Shown in pieces: positions 60,319-64,000 of a stretch of 64,000 nt of DNA. The stretch covers positions 96,001-160,000 of the forward strand of contig CBDDCK010000001.1 in assembly GCA_965225855.1 (NCBI GenBank), in the 5' to 3' direction. The translations under genes were made by a program, and so were the position numbers. Source of the stretch: Spirochaetia bacterium. Its GTDB lineage: Bacteria; Spirochaetota; Spirochaetia; SP-2023. The first letter of the stretch is position 1. Every line of letters begins with the position of its first letter. The notes beneath the pieces were generated by a model. That model had not been told where the DNA came from, ran no database searches, and saw only the letters and a program-made list of their open reading frames with translations.

Positions 60319-60651
60319 ATGGAGACAAAACCAAGTAATGCTGAATGTAATATCAGCTTTAGTATCAGTCCGGAATTAGCGGTGTATAACCGCCTCGAAT
60401 CTTGGTGCATTGTAGATTGTGTTCTGAAATATATTCAGAGTACCGGAACCTCTTATTTTACGGGACCTTCCGAAACCACTTTAGAAGGCTCTTTGAATGA
60501 ATTACTGGCAATCGTTGCCGGTGCCAATCGCATATGTATTGAACAGGGTGCCCTGGAAGTTATTTCTAACTTAAAAATTTATTATAGCCCACAAGAACAA
60601 CATTCTTTTGCCGAACGTCTACAGCGCACGGAAATACACCGCACCCAATAA
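60319..60651 (+). CDS. Thiamine-binding protein (DUF77/MTH1187 family)
   Basis: IVDCVLKYIQSTGTSYFTGPSETTLEG pattern; first gene after the TPP riboswitch. Confidence 0.8.
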   Translation: METKPSNAECNISFSISPELAVYNRLESWCIVDCVLKYIQSTGTSYFTGPSETTLEGSLNELLAIVAGANRICIEQGALEVISNLKIYYSPQEQHSFAERLQRTEIHRTQ

Positions 60652-60732
60652 AAAATAGAGAGAATAACAAGTGCAAAAAGATTCTGCTATATCTGTTTTT
60701 TCGTATTTTAGTTTCTTCAGGTTTCTAATTAT

Positions 60733-61584
60733 ATGAGCATCACTTCCGCTATTATTGTGAAAATTTTCAAATTGAGGTTCCGGTGGGAATTACAAGCGAT
60801 TCAAAAATTATTCTTACGTTTTGGTGCTTCGGCGGCTTTGCTTCTACTGTTATTTTTGGTCTGGGAGTTCAGCGTACGTTTTTGGGAGTTGCCACGCTAT
60901 ATTTTACCTAGCCCGAGTGCCGTTTATTGGTTGTTCTTGGAAGAAGATATTCGCACTCTACTATGGCAGCATACACGCATTACATTATGGGAGACAGGCT
61001 GGGGCCTATTTAGTTCTGTGAATTTTGCCATTTTGCTATGTTTGCTCATGGAGCGTTTTGACTTTTTATACCGCAGTATATTCCCGCTATTGGTACTTTC
61101 GCAGAGCTTGCCTAGCATTGTAATCGCCCCTTTACTGATGATTGTGCTGGGTTTTGGTATGACCACCAAAATTACGGTGATCACCTTGTACTGTTTTTTC
61201 CCGATTGCTACCAGTTTCAGCAATGGCTTGCGCAGTCTCGAACCCGATTATCGCACCTTATTACGTAGTTTTGGTGCCGGTTTTTGGCAAATTATGTGGA
61301 AAGTTCAGTTTCGTTGGGCATTGCCTAGTTTTTTTTCCGGCTTAAAAATTGCGGCAACATACAGTGTTTCTGCTGCAGTTTTGTCCGAGTTTTTTGGTTC
61401 TAGTAAAGGTTTGGGGATTTATATGCGCAATGCTTTTTCTAGCTCGCGTACCGATGTCCTGTTCCTCATAGCCTTTATTATTGTATTTAGCAGTATTTGC
61501 TTGGTAACGTTGGTCAATTTGGCGGAACGGCTGTTATGCCGTCATCAATTAGATTTCATTCGAGATCGAAATAAAAATGTATAA
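60733..61584 (+). CDS. ABC transporter permease (ThiX/SsuC-like)
   Basis: YILPSPS, IAPLL..LGFG, ALPSFFSGLKIA, EAA-like loop. Confidence 0.9.
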   Translation: MSITSAIIVKIFKLRFRWELQAIQKLFLRFGASAALLLLLFLVWEFSVRFWELPRYILPSPSAVYWLFLEEDIRTLLWQHTRITLWETGWGLFSSVNFAILLCLLMERFDFLYRSIFPLLVLSQSLPSIVIAPLLMIVLGFGMTTKITVITLYCFFPIATSFSNGLRSLEPDYRTLLRSFGAGFWQIMWKVQFRWALPSFFSGLKIAATYSVSAAVLSEFFGSSKGLGIYMRNAFSSSRTDVLFLIAFIIVFSSICLVTLVNLAERLLCRHQLDFIRDRNKNV

Positions 61585-61633
61585 AATTTATTAAGGTATT
61601 TTCCCTTAAAAAAAGATTTATAAGGAGGTTTCT

Positions 61634-62674
61634 ATGAAACTTAAAAAATATTTTCGTGCTGTTGGGCAGGCTATTACAGTGTTGTTGTTGAGCTTTGTAC
61701 TGGTAGCTTGTGCTAAAAAAAGTAATGGTGCTCAAGGCGAAAATTCCAGCCAAGAATTAGGCAAGGTAAAGGAATTAGAAAAAATAATTTTCTCTTTGGA
61801 TTGGACACCCAACACCAATCATACGGGTTTGTATGTAGCCCAAAAATTTGGCTACTTTAGCGATGCCGAGCTAAGTGTAGAATTTGTAATGCCGGAACAT
61901 AGCGTAGCGAAATTGGTGGCCAGCGGCCGGGCGGATTTTGGTATTCGGTCGCAGCATGTAATTACTTTTGATATTGCCAATGAAGACATACCGTTAGTTT
62001 CTGTGGCGGCCATTTTGCAGCATAATACTTCTGGATTTTCTTTTTTGAACAGCAAAAATATCCAGCGTCCTGCCGATTTTGCCGGCAAAACATATGGCGG
62101 ATGGAATCGCGCTTTAGAAAAAGCCTTGCTGCCTTATTTAATAGAACAAGATGGTGGCGACCCGGACAGCCTCAATATGGTGCTGCTCGGAGATAGCTAT
62201 ATCGCGGCCTTACTGAATGATAAGGTCGATTTTAGCTGGACTTACTACGGTTGGAATAATATCGACTTCGAGTTGAAGGGTTTGGATATTGGTTATATCA
62301 GCCTGCGAGATATTGACCCAGTGTTTGATACCTATACTCCCGCAATTATCAGTAGTGTTCAGTGGTTAGAAGCAAATCCGGTTACTACTAGTAAATTTAT
62401 CCAGGCGGTGGCCAAAGGTTATGAATATGCAGCTCAAAATCCCGATAAAGCTGCCGAAATTTTGTTGGAGTATGCCCCAGAGTTGGAGCGGGAATTGGTA
62501 GTGCGTTCGCAGCGTTATTTTGTAGACTACTACTTAGATGAAAAGGGACGGTGGGGTAGCCAAAAAAGAGAAGTCTGGGAGCGTTTTGCCGATTGGGCTT
62601 ATGGGCAAGGTATGCTCGATAAGCCTATTGATAGCAGCAAAGTAATGACTAATGAATATCTAGCCAGGCAGTAG
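61634..62674 (+). CDS. ABC substrate-binding lipoprotein (ThiY/NMT1-like)
   Basis: LVAC lipobox; LDWTPNTNHTGLYVA motif. Confidence 0.9.
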   Translation: MKLKKYFRAVGQAITVLLLSFVLVACAKKSNGAQGENSSQELGKVKELEKIIFSLDWTPNTNHTGLYVAQKFGYFSDAELSVEFVMPEHSVAKLVASGRADFGIRSQHVITFDIANEDIPLVSVAAILQHNTSGFSFLNSKNIQRPADFAGKTYGGWNRALEKALLPYLIEQDGGDPDSLNMVLLGDSYIAALLNDKVDFSWTYYGWNNIDFELKGLDIGYISLRDIDPVFDTYTPAIISSVQWLEANPVTTSKFIQAVAKGYEYAAQNPDKAAEILLEYAPELERELVVRSQRYFVDYYLDEKGRWGSQKREVWERFADWAYGQGMLDKPIDSSKVMTNEYLARQ

Positions 62675-62687
62675 TGAATAAGCATTT

Positions 62688-63446
62688 GTGGATGTGTTTA
62701 TGAGTGATTACCCTATTTTTTACCCCAATATAGAAAATCTAGCTTGTATAGAGCAGTTACAAGAAAGCCTGAAAGCTTTTGTAAAACAGCCGCTTTTATA
62801 CAAGAAACTATACCTACAAAAAAATTACAACATTGCTTTTGATGGATATTCTTATATGGGACAAGAAGATAGTTCGCACCAGGCGGCCGATGATTTGTTA
62901 CATTCTTTTGTGTTGTCCAATCTTCAGAATAAAGATGTGTTCCCTAAAGAATTTCAACCGTTCTTGCAAAATAATTTTGAACGGGTGATAAATTATGTCC
63001 AAGATATAGAACGTAGGGAGTTGAAGCGTTTGCAAGTTTTTGAATTAGAGGAAATTTATGATGAATTATTTGGCCATATGGTTTCTTGTAATTATTATCC
63101 GTCTATTTCAACAATTAATAGTCGGCCGGCTCTGCGTTTAACGGCTCACAAAGATGTTTCGTTGTTTACCACTTTCCCTCTGGGTGTTGCAGCAGGATTT
63201 GCTATTGGAGAGCAAATTTATAATAGTCTCTCTAAGACGATGATTTTTCCCGGATATTTTTTGGAATGGTACACAGCAGCGAAAGTCCCTGCTATATATC
63301 ATAGGATTGTGCTGCCAGAGAATTCTATAGAAGAGCGTTATGGGTTTTCTTTCTTTTCTATACCCAAACCGGGCCAAACATTTTCTTGGAATGGCAAAAT
63401 TTATTCTAGTGATGAATATTATAATAAACGGCCAGCATTGTTATAA
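62688..63446 (+). CDS. 2OG-Fe(II) oxygenase (IPNS-like)
   Basis: NYYP, HKD facial motif, distal HR, RYGFSFF. Confidence 0.75.
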   Translation: MDVFMSDYPIFYPNIENLACIEQLQESLKAFVKQPLLYKKLYLQKNYNIAFDGYSYMGQEDSSHQAADDLLHSFVLSNLQNKDVFPKEFQPFLQNNFERVINYVQDIERRELKRLQVFELEEIYDELFGHMVSCNYYPSISTINSRPALRLTAHKDVSLFTTFPLGVAAGFAIGEQIYNSLSKTMIFPGYFLEWYTAAKVPAIYHRIVLPENSIEERYGFSFFSIPKPGQTFSWNGKIYSSDEYYNKRPALL

Positions 63447-63513
63447 CCATTTATTTTGGTACTAACTATTGGTTATTTTCCAATAAAAAATTCTAAAAGG
63501 TAAGGAGTATAAA

Positions 63514-64000
63514 ATGGTATATCAGCAAAACCGCATTGCCGGTTGTAGTTTTAGCATTTACCCTATGAGCGAGGACTTTGTAGAGATTATTTTAAGCGCT
63601 ATTCGCCGGGTAGATATGAGCAAAGTTTGGAGACAAACGAACGATATCGAAACTTGCATTCGTGGCCGTATTTCGCATGTATTTGATGTAACTTTGGCTC
63701 TGTTTTCTACTGCCATTGAATCGGGAGAGCATGTTGTATTCCGCGGGACTTTTTCCATTGGTTGCCCTGGCGATTCCACTGCAGATAATTTTATGGCCAA
63801 TGATGATGTGAAACTCAATAAAACTTTGTGGGCAAATCACTCTATTGCTGGGAAATTTTCTGTTTACCCTTTGGGCGAGTTGAGCCCGACTGACTCATGC
63901 AGTGACTCATCTTGTGGCGGCTATATGGGCAAAATTTATGAATGTATTGAGCATATGAGAGCTAGTTCATTAAAAGTACAGCAAATCCACTATGCCACTC
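63514..64000 (+). CDS. ykoF: YkoF family thiamine/HMP-binding protein (partial, runs off the right edge)
   Basis: Manual translation after AGGAG: AGCSFSIYPMSEDFVEIILSAI...KVWRQT...HVVFRGTFSIGCPGDS. Confidence 0.85.
   Translation, partial: MVYQQNRIAGCSFSIYPMSEDFVEIILSAIRRVDMSKVWRQTNDIETCIRGRISHVFDVTLALFSTAIESGEHVVFRGTFSIGCPGDSTADNFMANDDVKLNKTLWANHSIAGKFSVYPLGELSPTDSCSDSSCGGYMGKIYECIEHMRASSLKVQQIHYAT

Overview
Chromosomal window from an AT-rich bacterium. It is most likely a host-associated spirochete, inferred from the tamB-bamA adjacency, the rpoN-hpf-HPr-holA cluster, the JAB-DinG fusion and spirochetal lipoproteins. Mostly housekeeping genes: bamA (partial), tamB, tonB/exbD/exbB-like, rpsO, metK, yebC, adk, prfB with programmed frameshift, rpoN, hpf, HPr, holA, rpsA, cmk, xerC-like, valS, tRNA-Arg(TCT), rnc, acpP, rpmF, dinG, gntK, glxK, mutM, ferritin, metB, a GH18, and a TPP-riboswitch thiamine-salvage operon. 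The most striking structure is a pair of ~2.2-2.4 kb inverted paralogous cassettes (about 20530-22687 and 32789-35147). Each holds a shared upstream region with a variable poly-C tract, a mosaic repeat-domain surface lipoprotein and a periodic palindromic 3' array. They bracket a ~10 kb core-gene block and have decayed genes on all four flanks. Also notable: a Ton/Tol-type motor tightly linked to tamB-bamA, a DNA methyltransferase-HNH fusion, a 2OG-Fe(II) oxygenase inside the TPP operon, and several pseudogenes (rlmH, rsmG, EAL-HDOD, M30-like peptidase, DUF285) that suggest ongoing genome erosion. All family calls come from motif recognition by eye; no database searches were run.
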